DNA from: an uncultured Verrucomicrobiota bacterium
Lineage (GTDB): Bacteria; Verrucomicrobiota; Kiritimatiellia; CAIQIC01; Lenti-01
Assembly: GCA_964510645.1 (NCBI GenBank)
Contig: CAZECJ010000001.1
Location: 6,628-70,627 of the forward strand
Direction: 5' to 3'
DNA: 64,000 bases
Shown piece after piece: positions 48,699-57,481 of this stretch. The position numbers and the translations under genes are program-made. The notes beneath the pieces were generated by a model, which ran no database searches, was not told where the DNA came from, and was given only the letters and a program-made list of their open reading frames with translations. How positions within the stretch are numbered: the first letter of the stretch is position 1; each line of letters starts with the position of its first letter.

Positions 48699-51239
48699 AT
48701 GAAATCCATTCAGCCGCAAGCGGGTTCGACGGGGCGCACGGGGCGGGCGCAAGGCATGCTTCTCTTGGCGCTGTTCGCGGTGGCGGCGTTGCTGGTGTTC
48801 CATGCGCTGTGGGCGCCGGGAGCGGTGCTGATGAGCAGCGACGACAACGTGGGGCTGTTGCGCAACAGCCAGCGGATGCTGGAGGCGTCGGCGGTGCATC
48901 CGTGGATGGGGGAAACGCTGTGGGGCATGTCCACGATGAGCATGGTGCGGCCGGGCTACTTCCTGCTGAAGGCCGTTCCGGCGGCGGTCTTCATGAACCT
49001 CTACCACGGCCTGTGCCTGGCGCTCGCGGCTTGGTTGCTGGCGCTGTATTTGCGGGACAAGGGGCTGCGGACGGCCGCGTGCGCGTTCGGCGGGCTGGTG
49101 GCGTTCTGGGTGGGGACGAACCTCACGCTGACCTACGCGGGGCACGTGGGCAAGTACGGGACGATGGTGTTTTTGGCGCTGGCGGTTTTCGCGCTCGGGC
49201 GGTGGGGGAAAACGGGGCGCGCGGCGTGGGGCGTGGCGGCGGGCGCAGCGGCGGGCGCGATGTTCTTGGAACAAGCGGACGTGGCGCTGTTCTGCGCGCT
49301 GCTGCTGGTTCCCTTGGGCTTGTTCGAAGCGTCGCGCGCGGCGGGGGGCTGGACGCTCGCGGCGCTGGCGCGGAAATCGTGGGGCGCCTTGCTCGTGGCG
49401 GCGCTGCTGGCGGGCGGGGCTTCGCTGGCGGCGAAGGGATCGGGCGTGGAAGACGTGCCCGGAGGCGAGGACGCGGCGGCGAAATGGTCGTACCTCACGC
49501 AATGGAGCCAGCCGCCCGGCGAGAGCCTGGACTTCATCGCGCCGGGCTGGACCGGCTGGCGCAGCGGCGACGAAAAAGGCCCGTACTGGGGCCGGATGGG
49601 CCGGAGCGATGGCTACGAACAGACGCGCCAGGGCTTCATGAACTTCAAGCTGGAAAACGTCTACGTGGGCGCGATCCCCCTGCTGTTCGCGGTGCTGGGG
49701 CTGGCGACGGCGTTCGGGCGGCGGCGGGAAGAGGAGTCGCCGTCGGCCGCGATTTTCGTCTGGGGCGGACTCTGCCTCGTGGCGCTGCTGCTGGCGTTCG
49801 GGAAGTTCTTCCCGCTATACAAGCCGCTGAGCCTGCTGCCGGGATTTTCGAGCATCCGCAATCCGAACAAATTCATCCATTTCTTCCAGATGGCCTGGGG
49901 GGTGGCGGCGGCGTTCGGGCTGGACGCGGCGCTGCGGATGGAGGCGCGCGCGCTGCGGAAATGGATATGGGGCGCCGGCATCGCGGCCGGCGTTTTTCTG
50001 CTGTCGGGATTCGCGCTGTGGACCGATCTGGGCGCGGGCGCGGAGCGGCTGGCGTCGGCGGGCTGGGGCCAACTGGGCCGGGCCATCCAGTGGAACAAGG
50101 CGTTTTCGGTGACCTACGCGGGCCTCGCGCTCGCGGTCGGCGCGGGCATCCTGTGGCTGCTGTCGCGGGGAGTTTTCCACAGTGTGGAAAAACCTTTTCC
50201 ACAGCGTGGAAAAAGCGGCGGAATTTTTCCACCGCGTGGAAAAATGTTTTCCACGGTGTGGAAAAATTCGAGCGTGGCGTGGCTTCCGGCGCTCGTCGTC
50301 GTGTTCGACGCGACGGTGATTTTGGCGCCGCACTATATCCAGACGATGCCGAAAGGCTACGTGGCGGAGAACGATCTGGTGCGCTATTTGAAGCGCGAGG
50401 TCGGGCACAACCGGACGGCGATGGCCACGAAGGACGGCTTCTATAATTTCTGGCTGACCTATCTGTTTCCTTACCAGGGGATTCCGACGATCGAAGTGAC
50501 GCAGCTGCCGCGCCCGCCGGCGGACTACGTGGCGTTCTGGAATGCGGTGCAGGATCCGGTGCGGATGTGGAAGCTCGCGGCGGTAAGCCACGTGTTGGCG
50601 CATGGTCCGGTCGCGGCGCAACTCTTGGCAAATCCGGCTTGGGCGGCTCAGATGGAACTGGCGTGGGCTTATCAGCCGATGGACGACGGCCGGGGCGGGG
50701 TAGCCGTGCGCAGCGTGCCGGTGAACGCGAGCGCGCCGGAGGTGGTGCTGAAGATGAAGAAGATTCCGCCGCGCATCGCCGCCGTTTCCTCCTGGCGCGT
50801 GGCGGAGGACGCCGACGCGCTGAAAACGCTGGGCGATCCAGCGTTCGAGCCGTATGCATCGGTGCTGCTGGCGCCGGGGAGCGACGTGGGTGCGCCGCCG
50901 TCGGTGGATCCGGGCCCGCCGGCGGAAGTCGAGATCGCGAAGGCGATTCCAGGGCGCTACGAGTTCACGGTGAAAAACCACGGGCCGGTCGTGCTGCGCG
51001 TGGCGGAGAAGTTTGATCCGAACTGGACGGCGACGGTGGACGGAAAATCCGTGCCGGTGCTGCGGGTCGATTTCCTGTTCCAGGGCCTCGCGCTGGAGGA
51101 AGCCGGCACGCACGTGATCGCCATGCGGTATGCGCCGTCGTCCCTGCCGATCGCGCTGCAATGGATCGGAATCGCGGCCGGACTGGGGGCGGCCGTCGTG
51201 TTGGCGTGGCCCCGGCGCCGGAAAGCGGCGGCGGCGTGA
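48699..51239 (+). CDS. YfhO-like GT-C-fold membrane glycosyltransferase (846 aa) carrying an in-frame repeat insertion
   Basis: The N-terminal two thirds are polytopic. The C-terminal block FDPNWTATVDGKSVPVLRVDFLFQGLALEEAGTHVIAMRYAPSSL plus a final TM matches the YfhO-family ending as I remember it. Confidence 0.72.
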   Translation: MKSIQPQAGSTGRTGRAQGMLLLALFAVAALLVFHALWAPGAVLMSSDDNVGLLRNSQRMLEASAVHPWMGETLWGMSTMSMVRPGYFLLKAVPAAVFMNLYHGLCLALAAWLLALYLRDKGLRTAACAFGGLVAFWVGTNLTLTYAGHVGKYGTMVFLALAVFALGRWGKTGRAAWGVAAGAAAGAMFLEQADVALFCALLLVPLGLFEASRAAGGWTLAALARKSWGALLVAALLAGGASLAAKGSGVEDVPGGEDAAAKWSYLTQWSQPPGESLDFIAPGWTGWRSGDEKGPYWGRMGRSDGYEQTRQGFMNFKLENVYVGAIPLLFAVLGLATAFGRRREEESPSAAIFVWGGLCLVALLLAFGKFFPLYKPLSLLPGFSSIRNPNKFIHFFQMAWGVAAAFGLDAALRMEARALRKWIWGAGIAAGVFLLSGFALWTDLGAGAERLASAGWGQLGRAIQWNKAFSVTYAGLALAVGAGILWLLSRGVFHSVEKPFPQRGKSGGIFPPRGKMFSTVWKNSSVAWLPALVVVFDATVILAPHYIQTMPKGYVAENDLVRYLKREVGHNRTAMATKDGFYNFWLTYLFPYQGIPTIEVTQLPRPPADYVAFWNAVQDPVRMWKLAAVSHVLAHGPVAAQLLANPAWAAQMELAWAYQPMDDGRGGVAVRSVPVNASAPEVVLKMKKIPPRIAAVSSWRVAEDADALKTLGDPAFEPYASVLLAPGSDVGAPPSVDPGPPAEVEIAKAIPGRYEFTVKNHGPVVLRVAEKFDPNWTATVDGKSVPVLRVDFLFQGLALEEAGTHVIAMRYAPSSLPIALQWIGIAAGLGAAVVLAWPRRRKAAAA
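50173..50266. repeat. REP-like locus C: four palindromic units inside the YfhO-like CDS
   Basis: TTTTCCACAGTGTGGAAAAA (50173..50192), TTTTCCACAGCGTGGAAAAA (50195..50214), TTTTTCCACCGCGTGGAAAAA (50224..50244), TTTTCCACGGTGTGGAAAAA (50247..50266). They are translated in frame as VFHSVEKPFPQRGKSGGIFPPRGKMFSTVWKNS. Confidence 0.9.
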
Positions 51240-52270
51240 ACGGCGGAGGCGAAAGCGTTCCGGCGCTGTCGGTGGTGATCCCGACGATGGGCCGGGACAC
51301 CCTGATCCGCACGCTGGAATCGCTGGCGGCGGCGGAGGGCTTCGCGCAGATCGAGGTGATCGTGGCGGGCCGGGTGGCGGCTGCGGACGTGGCGGCGCGG
51401 CTCGGGGATTTCTGCGCGCGGCATGCGAACGCCCGCCACTTGGACATCCAGTTCGAGACGGGCGATTCGAGCCGCAAGAAAAACGAGGGCGCGGCGGCGG
51501 CGCGCGCGCCGCTGGTCGCGTTTCTGGACGACGACGTGGTGGTGGCGCCGGATTGGCCGAAGCGCATCGCGGAACCGTTCGCGGACGCGAAGGTCGGGTT
51601 GGCGAGCGGCCCGAGCCTGGTGCCGGACGACATCAACCGCATCGGCCGGCTGGCCGGTTTGGCGCTGTCGTCGCGCGCGGCGGGCTACGTGGCGGAGCGA
51701 TATCGGCGGAATCGGGACGCCGTCTATGCCGTCGATTGGGACCGGATCATCGGCTGCAATGCGGCATATCGGCAGGAGGCGTTCGCGCAAATGGGCGGGT
51801 TTCCGGCGGACTTCTATCCGGGCGAGGAGATGATCGCCGCGTTCCGGACGGAGCGGGCGGGCTGGAAGCTGGTGTTTATCCCGGCGGCCTGGGTGAAGCA
51901 CTATCCGCGCCAGTCGCTGGTGCGGTTCTGGCGGCAGATGTGGAGCTACGGGGCCACGCGCATCCGGCTGCTGCGGGGGGGGGTGTCGTTCAATCCGTTG
52001 CCGTTGGTTCCCGGATTGTGGGTCGCGGGAACGGCCCTGCTGGCCGCGCTGGCGCCGTTTTTCGGATGGGCGTCCGCGCTGTTGGCGGTCGACGTGGGGC
52101 TCTATGCCCTTCTGGCGCTGGGCGTGGCCGCGGAAACGGTTGCACGGACCCGGCGGGGGAGCGATGGGTGGCTGGTGGCCATGATTCCCTGGATGCATCT
52201 GGCCTACGGGCTGGCGGAATGGAAGGAGTTCTTCCGGCCGGGAGCGGATTTCAGCGAGAAGAAGGGGTGA
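51236..52270 (+). CDS. family-2 glycosyltransferase with C-terminal TM helices (GtrB/CsbB-like architecture)
   Basis: LSVVIPTMGRDTL marks the GT2 N-terminus. An acidic DDD motif (AFLDDDVVV) is present, and the C-terminal hydrophobic helices include LWVAGTALLAALAPFFGWASALLAVDVGLYALLALGV. GTG 51236 overlaps the upstream stop (GTGA). The ATG at 51161 would add an Arg/Gly-rich 25 aa and a 79-nt overlap. Confidence 0.82.
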   Translation: MNGGGESVPALSVVIPTMGRDTLIRTLESLAAAEGFAQIEVIVAGRVAAADVAARLGDFCARHANARHLDIQFETGDSSRKKNEGAAAARAPLVAFLDDDVVVAPDWPKRIAEPFADAKVGLASGPSLVPDDINRIGRLAGLALSSRAAGYVAERYRRNRDAVYAVDWDRIIGCNAAYRQEAFAQMGGFPADFYPGEEMIAAFRTERAGWKLVFIPAAWVKHYPRQSLVRFWRQMWSYGATRIRLLRGGVSFNPLPLVPGLWVAGTALLAALAPFFGWASALLAVDVGLYALLALGVAAETVARTRRGSDGWLVAMIPWMHLAYGLAEWKEFFRPGADFSEKKG

Positions 52271-52420
52271 AGAGGTCGCCTCGCTCCTGGTTTTCGGGCG
52301 GGAGGGTTGTTTGAATCCCGTCAATTTTTGATCGACGGCCTCCGGGGGTTTTGAGACAGTCGAATCCGTTGCAGTCCGCATGTGCGGCTTTGGGTTCAAC
52401 ATCAAGGACAGGTGCAGGAT

Positions 52421-53854
52421 ATGGCCAAGGATAAAGTGGTAGAACAGGACAAGCAACTCGGCTCCGCGCCCGCCGCCGCCGCCGCGGCGGAAGTGGTCGA
52501 AGAGGTGGTGGGATTGACGAGCTCGCGTCCGACCACCGACGCGAACGTCTGGATCCAGGTCATCGGGTCGGTGATCTGCACCATCCTTTTGTGCTCGGGT
52601 TTCCATTTTCTGAACAAGACCCAGGACGTCGCCATCCTGAAGTACATCAACGGGCTGGTCAACCAACGCGGGCCCATCCAATGGCTCGAACTGCTCAGCT
52701 TTTTCGTCATCGTGTTTTTCGTCTTCCAGAAAAACAAGATCCTCAAGAAGCAGATCCTGCACATCGCCGACGACACGGCGCAGCTCCACGGCGTCAACAT
52801 GGAAAGCGAAGAAGAGCTCCAGGGGCTCCGCAAGCGCATCCAGGAAACCGGCGGCGACAAGAAGAGCATCCTGCTGAGCCGCCTGGACCGGGCGCTGGGC
52901 TTGTGGGTGGCCACCAAGGATCTGGGCCGCGTCTCGGGCTGGATCGGCGCGGAAGCGTCGCGCGACAACGCCATGTCGGACATGACCTTCACGATCGCGC
53001 GCCTGATGATGTGGGTGATTCCGATCTTGGGCTTCATCGGCACGGTGCAGGGACTGGGCGCGGCCGTCGGCGGATTCGCCGACTTCCTGTCGGGTTCCGC
53101 GGAACTGTCGGCCATCAAGGGCGCCATCGCGCAGGTGACGATCAGCTTGGGCGTCGCGTTCGACACCACGTTCTTGGCGCTGATGCTGGTGACGTTCGTG
53201 CAGTTCCCGCTGACCTCGCTCATGCGCCGCGAAGGCTCGTTCATGGCGGAGGTCGACATCTATCTGGACGAACATTTCGTCCGCCGCCTGCCCTCGGCCG
53301 AGCAGCAGACGATCATGATCGAAAACCTCGAGGATTCGATCGAAGCCGCGTTCCGGCGCTACATTCCCGATCCGGACCGCTATGAAGAAGTCTTCATGGT
53401 GTCGATCGAGAAGGCCGGCGACGAACTGAAGAAGCAATTCGACGAGCTGACCCAACGGTACGTGGACGTGCGCAAGCTGGCCACCGACGACGAAGTCAAG
53501 GCCTTGGCCGCGGCGATGGAGCACGCGCATACGCGGGCGGCGGAGATGGCCGATCGGTACGCGAGCGCCGCCCGGGAAATCCAAAGCACGCTGGGCGAAA
53601 GCCTCCAGAAAGCGGCCGGCGCGGCGGGAATCGTCGAGCAGCAGATCGCGACGATCGTCGAACTGGGCGCGAAGATCCAGGAGCTGTTGAAGGTCGAACA
53701 GGCGCTGGAGCGCGCCATGGCGGGCATCGCCGGGGCGGAGGAATTCCAGAAGTCCTTCACGCAGCTGCGCGAGCATTTGACGACCACCGACGATTTTTGC
53801 CGCCGCCTGAGCAAGCCGCGGGTGATTACCCTGCACGAGGAAGTCGTTTCCTAG
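52421..53854 (+). CDS. MotA/TolQ/ExbB-family proton-channel protein with ~210-aa C-terminal helical extension
   Basis: The start is MAKDKVVEQ. TM helices are present, with the family signature WVIPILGFIGTVQGLGAAVGGF and ISLGVAFDTTFLALMLVTFVQF. After the last TM there is a long Ala/Glu/Lys/Gln-rich helical region. Confidence 0.8.
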   Translation: MAKDKVVEQDKQLGSAPAAAAAAEVVEEVVGLTSSRPTTDANVWIQVIGSVICTILLCSGFHFLNKTQDVAILKYINGLVNQRGPIQWLELLSFFVIVFFVFQKNKILKKQILHIADDTAQLHGVNMESEEELQGLRKRIQETGGDKKSILLSRLDRALGLWVATKDLGRVSGWIGAEASRDNAMSDMTFTIARLMMWVIPILGFIGTVQGLGAAVGGFADFLSGSAELSAIKGAIAQVTISLGVAFDTTFLALMLVTFVQFPLTSLMRREGSFMAEVDIYLDEHFVRRLPSAEQQTIMIENLEDSIEAAFRRYIPDPDRYEEVFMVSIEKAGDELKKQFDELTQRYVDVRKLATDDEVKALAAAMEHAHTRAAEMADRYASAAREIQSTLGESLQKAAGAAGIVEQQIATIVELGAKIQELLKVEQALERAMAGIAGAEEFQKSFTQLREHLTTTDDFCRRLSKPRVITLHEEVVS

Positions 53855-53878
53855 CGGAGGCGAGCGGAGGCCCCGGCC

Positions 53879-55879
53879 ATGCGGAACGGTTTCCGATTTC
53901 GGCTGTTTCCGGTGCTGTGTGCGGCGACCCTCGCTTGGGCCGCCGGCGCGCGGGGGCAGGCCATGTCCATCCGGTCGCTGGCCGAAGGATTGCAGGAGCC
54001 GACCGGCGCGGCGGTCCATCCCGCCACGGGCGACGTCTACGTGTCGGAAAAGGCGAGCGGCCGGATCCTCGTGCTGAAAAACGGCAAGCCGGAATCGGCG
54101 CTGGCCCCGGACTGGACGGTCTCGGAGGTCTTGCCCCGCTGGGCCATTTCGCAGCAGATGCCGATGGAAAAGTGGATGGAGGCCGCCCTCCAAAAGCCCG
54201 GGGCGATTTCGATTTCCACGAACGGGAAGCTGTTCGTGGCGGAGCAGATTCCCAACGGCCGCATCCTGGAATTCTCGGCGAACGAACAGGGGCAGTTCGC
54301 CGTCGCCAAGTGCGTGCCGGTGCCGTGGCTGGACCAGGAGTTCCAGTGGCGCGATCTGTATGTCGATCCCGGCGGGCGCCTGTATGTCGTCGGCGCGGAC
54401 GAAGTGGGGTCGGACTTCATGAAATTCGGTTCCGCCCTCATGCGGGAGCCGGACGGCAACTGGTGGGTGATCGACTTCGGCCCCTTCGCGAACTTCGGCG
54501 CGTTCGCGATTTCCGAGCGGCAAGACGTGATGTTGCTGGGCGACCGCAACAAAGGGGCGTTGTCGTGGTGGGAAGTGGATCGCCACATGATGCTGGGCGG
54601 CGCGCCGGAGGCGTCGGGCCGCTCGGAACTGTCCAGCCTGGCCCTCTATCCGGACGGAACCTTCATCCTCGGATTGCAGGACGCGCCCGGCAAGGCGAGC
54701 CTGATGCGGATGGAGCCCTTCACCGGCCAGCAGAAAATGCTGACGGAAGAGCTGAAGTCCGTCGGCGCCATCGCGATGGACCGGAAAAACGCCCGCTATC
54801 TGGTGACGGATCCCGCGGCGGGGCGCCTGCTGGAATGCACGCCCAATCCGGCGATGAAATTCAACGAGACGGTCATGCGGCAGATCGTCCGGTCCGCCGA
54901 GGGCATGATGGGCATGCCGTCGGAAGCGCCGGCCTTCCTGAACAATTTCTTCGACCGCCTGCAGGATGCCGCCAAGGAAATCCTGCCGGAAGATTCGACG
55001 CATTCGGTGGAATTCAACCTCAGCGACATCGCCGGCAAGATGCCCATCGTGGCCGGCCGGGTGCGGGCGGCCGTCGAGGTGGAAGGCGCGGAAGCCGATC
55101 CCATCGAGGAGGTGGAATTCTTCCTGCTGTTTCCCAGCAAGGTGGTGCTGACGGAAACGGCGGTCAGCCCCAGCCTGAGTTTCTTCTCCGCCAAGCGCAA
55201 GAGCGGCAAGATCGAGCAGACCAAGCCGATTTTCGAGGGCGACGTGGGCGTGTACCGCCTGTCCGGCACCAATATTTCCAAGGTCGCTTCGGCGCCGGGC
55301 GGATTGCACATCCCGGTGGTGGTTTGCGGGATCGAACAGGCCGATGGCGGCGTCTACGTGAACCTGTCCTTCCTCGGGGCCGGCATCTATGGGGACTACT
55401 ATCTCACCCTGTTCCAGGGCCCGCGCGAGCAGAAAGCCAAGCTGGTGGTCAAATCGACGGGCACGGAAAGCGGCAGCGTCACCTACGATGCTTCCTTCAT
55501 GGAAGAAGCCACCATCGAAGGCATGGACGGCGACAAGATCACGAAGGAGCAGTTCAGCAACCTGCTGATTTCCGGATTCGGCGGCGCCGGGGGCGGCGCC
55601 AACCGCTCCGTCGGCTGGCTCAAGCTCGGCCAGTTCCCCGCGAGCATGACGGTGGCGTTCGGCGATTCGTCGGGCGACGCCACGCTGACGGGCGCCCAGA
55701 CCGGCCTGAAGGAAATCGTCGATAAGAAGCGCGTGGAAATGAGCTTGGACTCGACGGCCGACATCGAGGAATTTTCGCCGAACGGCGCCGCGCCGGCCGT
55801 CGGCGGCGCCCCCGCCGCCGCAGAGCCCGCGCCTGAATCGCCGGCGCCCGCCGCGCCGACGGCCCCGGAGGAACCCTAG
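53879..55879 (+). CDS. secreted protein with an N-terminal beta-propeller-like domain, a C-terminal domain of unknown fold and a Pro/Ala-rich tail
   Basis: Signal peptide MRNGFRFRLFPVLCAATLAWAAGARGQA. Blade-like motifs are GDVYVSEKASGRILVLKNG, GKLFVAEQIPNGRILEF, GGRLYVVGADE and ARYLVTDPAAGRLLEC. It ends in PAVGGAPAAAEPAPESPAPAAPTAPEEP. GGAGG lies upstream of the ATG. Confidence 0.7.
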   Translation: MRNGFRFRLFPVLCAATLAWAAGARGQAMSIRSLAEGLQEPTGAAVHPATGDVYVSEKASGRILVLKNGKPESALAPDWTVSEVLPRWAISQQMPMEKWMEAALQKPGAISISTNGKLFVAEQIPNGRILEFSANEQGQFAVAKCVPVPWLDQEFQWRDLYVDPGGRLYVVGADEVGSDFMKFGSALMREPDGNWWVIDFGPFANFGAFAISERQDVMLLGDRNKGALSWWEVDRHMMLGGAPEASGRSELSSLALYPDGTFILGLQDAPGKASLMRMEPFTGQQKMLTEELKSVGAIAMDRKNARYLVTDPAAGRLLECTPNPAMKFNETVMRQIVRSAEGMMGMPSEAPAFLNNFFDRLQDAAKEILPEDSTHSVEFNLSDIAGKMPIVAGRVRAAVEVEGAEADPIEEVEFFLLFPSKVVLTETAVSPSLSFFSAKRKSGKIEQTKPIFEGDVGVYRLSGTNISKVASAPGGLHIPVVVCGIEQADGGVYVNLSFLGAGIYGDYYLTLFQGPREQKAKLVVKSTGTESGSVTYDASFMEEATIEGMDGDKITKEQFSNLLISGFGGAGGGANRSVGWLKLGQFPASMTVAFGDSSGDATLTGAQTGLKEIVDKKRVEMSLDSTADIEEFSPNGAAPAVGGAPAAAEPAPESPAPAAPTAPEEP

Positions 55880-55881
55880 CC

Positions 55882-56472
55882 ATGGGTAAGATGGCCGATT
55901 TTGATTCCTCCGGATTCCAGAACATCGTGCTGATGCTGATCGGCGTGCTGATGATGATGCTGGTCAGCAACGTGCTGACCATCATCAGCAATCCGGAGAA
56001 CATCAAGATCGGCGCCTTGGTGACGGGCTCCGTCTACGGCGAGGACGAGGAAAAAGACACCTTCATTCCCCCCAAGTTCCAGAACATGAAGCAGGATCCC
56101 ATCTACGTGGACGTGGAGCCCACCCGCTTGATTATCCATCCGGAACAACGGGTCATCGAAGCGCGGGACCTGGTCTTCGAGGGCAACGATTTCGAGCAGT
56201 TCCTGGACGACGTGGAGCGCGTGAAGTCCGTCCGCTACATCGTCCTGCTGCTGCGCCCCGGCAGCGCCACGTTCCAGCGCAAGCTGCGCCAGGTCATCCG
56301 CGACCGCGGCATCGACGTGGGCTTCGAGCCGTGGGATACCGGCCGGGAAATCATGGTGCTCGGCGCGCCGCCCCCGGCGGTCGCCCCGCCACCTGCCGCC
56401 GCCGAACCCGCTCCCGGCGGAGAAGCGGCCCCGGCGGCCACCGCCGAACCCAGCGCCGGGGAAGGGACGTAG
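55882..56472 (+). CDS. ExbD/TolR-like single-pass protein, paralog 1 (Asn at the TM Asp position, Pro/Ala-rich tail)
   Basis: The N-terminal TM SGFQNIVLMLIGVLMMMLV aligns with ExbD/TolR PFIDVMLVLL, but with N14 instead of D. The periplasmic block is VRYIVLLLRPGSATFQRKLRQVIRDRGIDV. The tail is PPPAVAPPPAAAEPAPGGEAAPAA. The start is 2 nt after the upstream stop. Confidence 0.6.
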   Translation: MGKMADFDSSGFQNIVLMLIGVLMMMLVSNVLTIISNPENIKIGALVTGSVYGEDEEKDTFIPPKFQNMKQDPIYVDVEPTRLIIHPEQRVIEARDLVFEGNDFEQFLDDVERVKSVRYIVLLLRPGSATFQRKLRQVIRDRGIDVGFEPWDTGREIMVLGAPPPAVAPPPAAAEPAPGGEAAPAATAEPSAGEGT

Positions 56473-56475
56473 GCC

Positions 56476-57102
56476 ATGGCATCCGGACCCGCAATGGATT
56501 TGAGCTCGTTCACGGACCTGATGACCTGCATCTTGGGCGTGCTGGTCTTGATCATTTTGCTGACGGGCATCGACGCGTCGCAGATCACGGTGCTGGTCGC
56601 CACGCCCAAGGAAATGCAGGGCGACGACAAGAGCCCCGTGTTTTTCGAATGCCGCAAGAACCAGCTGTTCCATATTTCGGTCGAGGAATTGAAGGCCGCC
56701 TGCGACGCCAAGACCCAAGAGCTGCAAGAGCGGGTGGCGGGCGACGAAACCGAGTTCCTGAAGCAGGCCGCCCAGACCATGCTGGAATTGAATGGCCAGA
56801 AACTGGACTACACCTACGCGCTGATGGGCAAATACGTCCTGATGCCGATCCCCGACGCCGAAGGCTACGCCTTCGAAAGCCAGTCGAAAGAAACCGCCGA
56901 CAAGTGGTATGGCTCGCGGCTGGCGAACATCGATCCGGCGACCCAGTTCATCTGCTTCCTCGTGCGGCCGGACAGCTACCGGGTTTTCCAGCGCGCCCGC
57001 AACATGGCCTGGATCCGGAACATCAACGTCGCCTGCGAGCTGCAGGACGAGAAAAACCCCATCATGATCGGCCCCGGCGGCGAACGCATGTTCATGCAGT
57101 AG
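56476..57102 (+). CDS. ExbD/TolR-like single-pass protein, paralog 2 (TM Asp retained)
   Basis: The TM segment is SSFTDLMTCILGVLVLIILL with D14 (codon 56515..56517). The periplasmic block TQFICFLVRPDSYRVFQRARNMAWIRNINV is paralogous to the upstream gene. Confidence 0.6.
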   Translation: MASGPAMDLSSFTDLMTCILGVLVLIILLTGIDASQITVLVATPKEMQGDDKSPVFFECRKNQLFHISVEELKAACDAKTQELQERVAGDETEFLKQAAQTMLELNGQKLDYTYALMGKYVLMPIPDAEGYAFESQSKETADKWYGSRLANIDPATQFICFLVRPDSYRVFQRARNMAWIRNINVACELQDEKNPIMIGPGGERMFMQ

Positions 57103-57125
57103 GCCGACCCGCTCCGGTTCCCGCC

Positions 57126-57431
57126 ATGTCCTCCTTCGTCTGCCAACGCTGCGGCGCCTGCTGCCGCTGGCCGGGCTCGGTGCTGCTGGAGGACGCCGAC
57201 GTCGCCGCGGCGGCCGCCGCGCTGGGGCTCGCCGAGGGGGAGTTCATCGAACGGCACGCGGCCCTCGCGCGGAACCGCGCGCAGCTGACGCTGAAAGAAC
57301 AGCCCGGCGGCGCCTGCGAATTCCTCGCCGCCGACGGCCGCTGCCGCATCTACGCCGCGCGGCCGAAGCAGTGCCGCGATTTTCCGCGCGCCTGGCGGGT
57401 CGACGGCTGCCCCGGCCTCGAACCCGGGTGA
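57126..57431 (+). CDS. YkgJ-family (UPF0153) cysteine-cluster protein
   Basis: 101 aa. It has MSSFVCQRCGACCRW (CxxCxxCC) and GACEFL..DGRCRIY.ARP.QCRDFP. The 56331 start in the track is an artefact. Confidence 0.8.
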   Translation: MSSFVCQRCGACCRWPGSVLLEDADVAAAAAALGLAEGEFIERHAALARNRAQLTLKEQPGGACEFLAADGRCRIYAARPKQCRDFPRAWRVDGCPGLEPG

Positions 57432-57481
57432 GGGGAATCGCGCTGGCCCGCCGCAGCCTGGGCGAAGGCGGGGCGCGCAGG

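Noticed and set aside
50173-50266. Read the TTTTCCACA-containing palindromes as DnaA boxes marking oriC (or a datA/DARS-like site).
   Set aside because: Several arms do match the relaxed DnaA-box consensus TTWTNCACA. But the units occur at four scattered loci, one inside a CDS, and half of the units use an unrelated ACGT arm. No dnaA/dnaN or AT-rich unwinding element is adjacent. The largest array (57482..57617) also sits between convergent genes, which is the opposite of origin-type gene orientation.
52421-53854. Read the MotA-like protein with its long helical tail as ZorA of a Zorya anti-phage system.
   Set aside because: No ZorC/ZorD-like (helicase/nuclease) genes are present, and no MotB/OmpA-type peptidoglycan-binding partner. 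The partners are ExbD/TolR-like, and the tail (~210 aa) is much shorter than I recall for ZorA.
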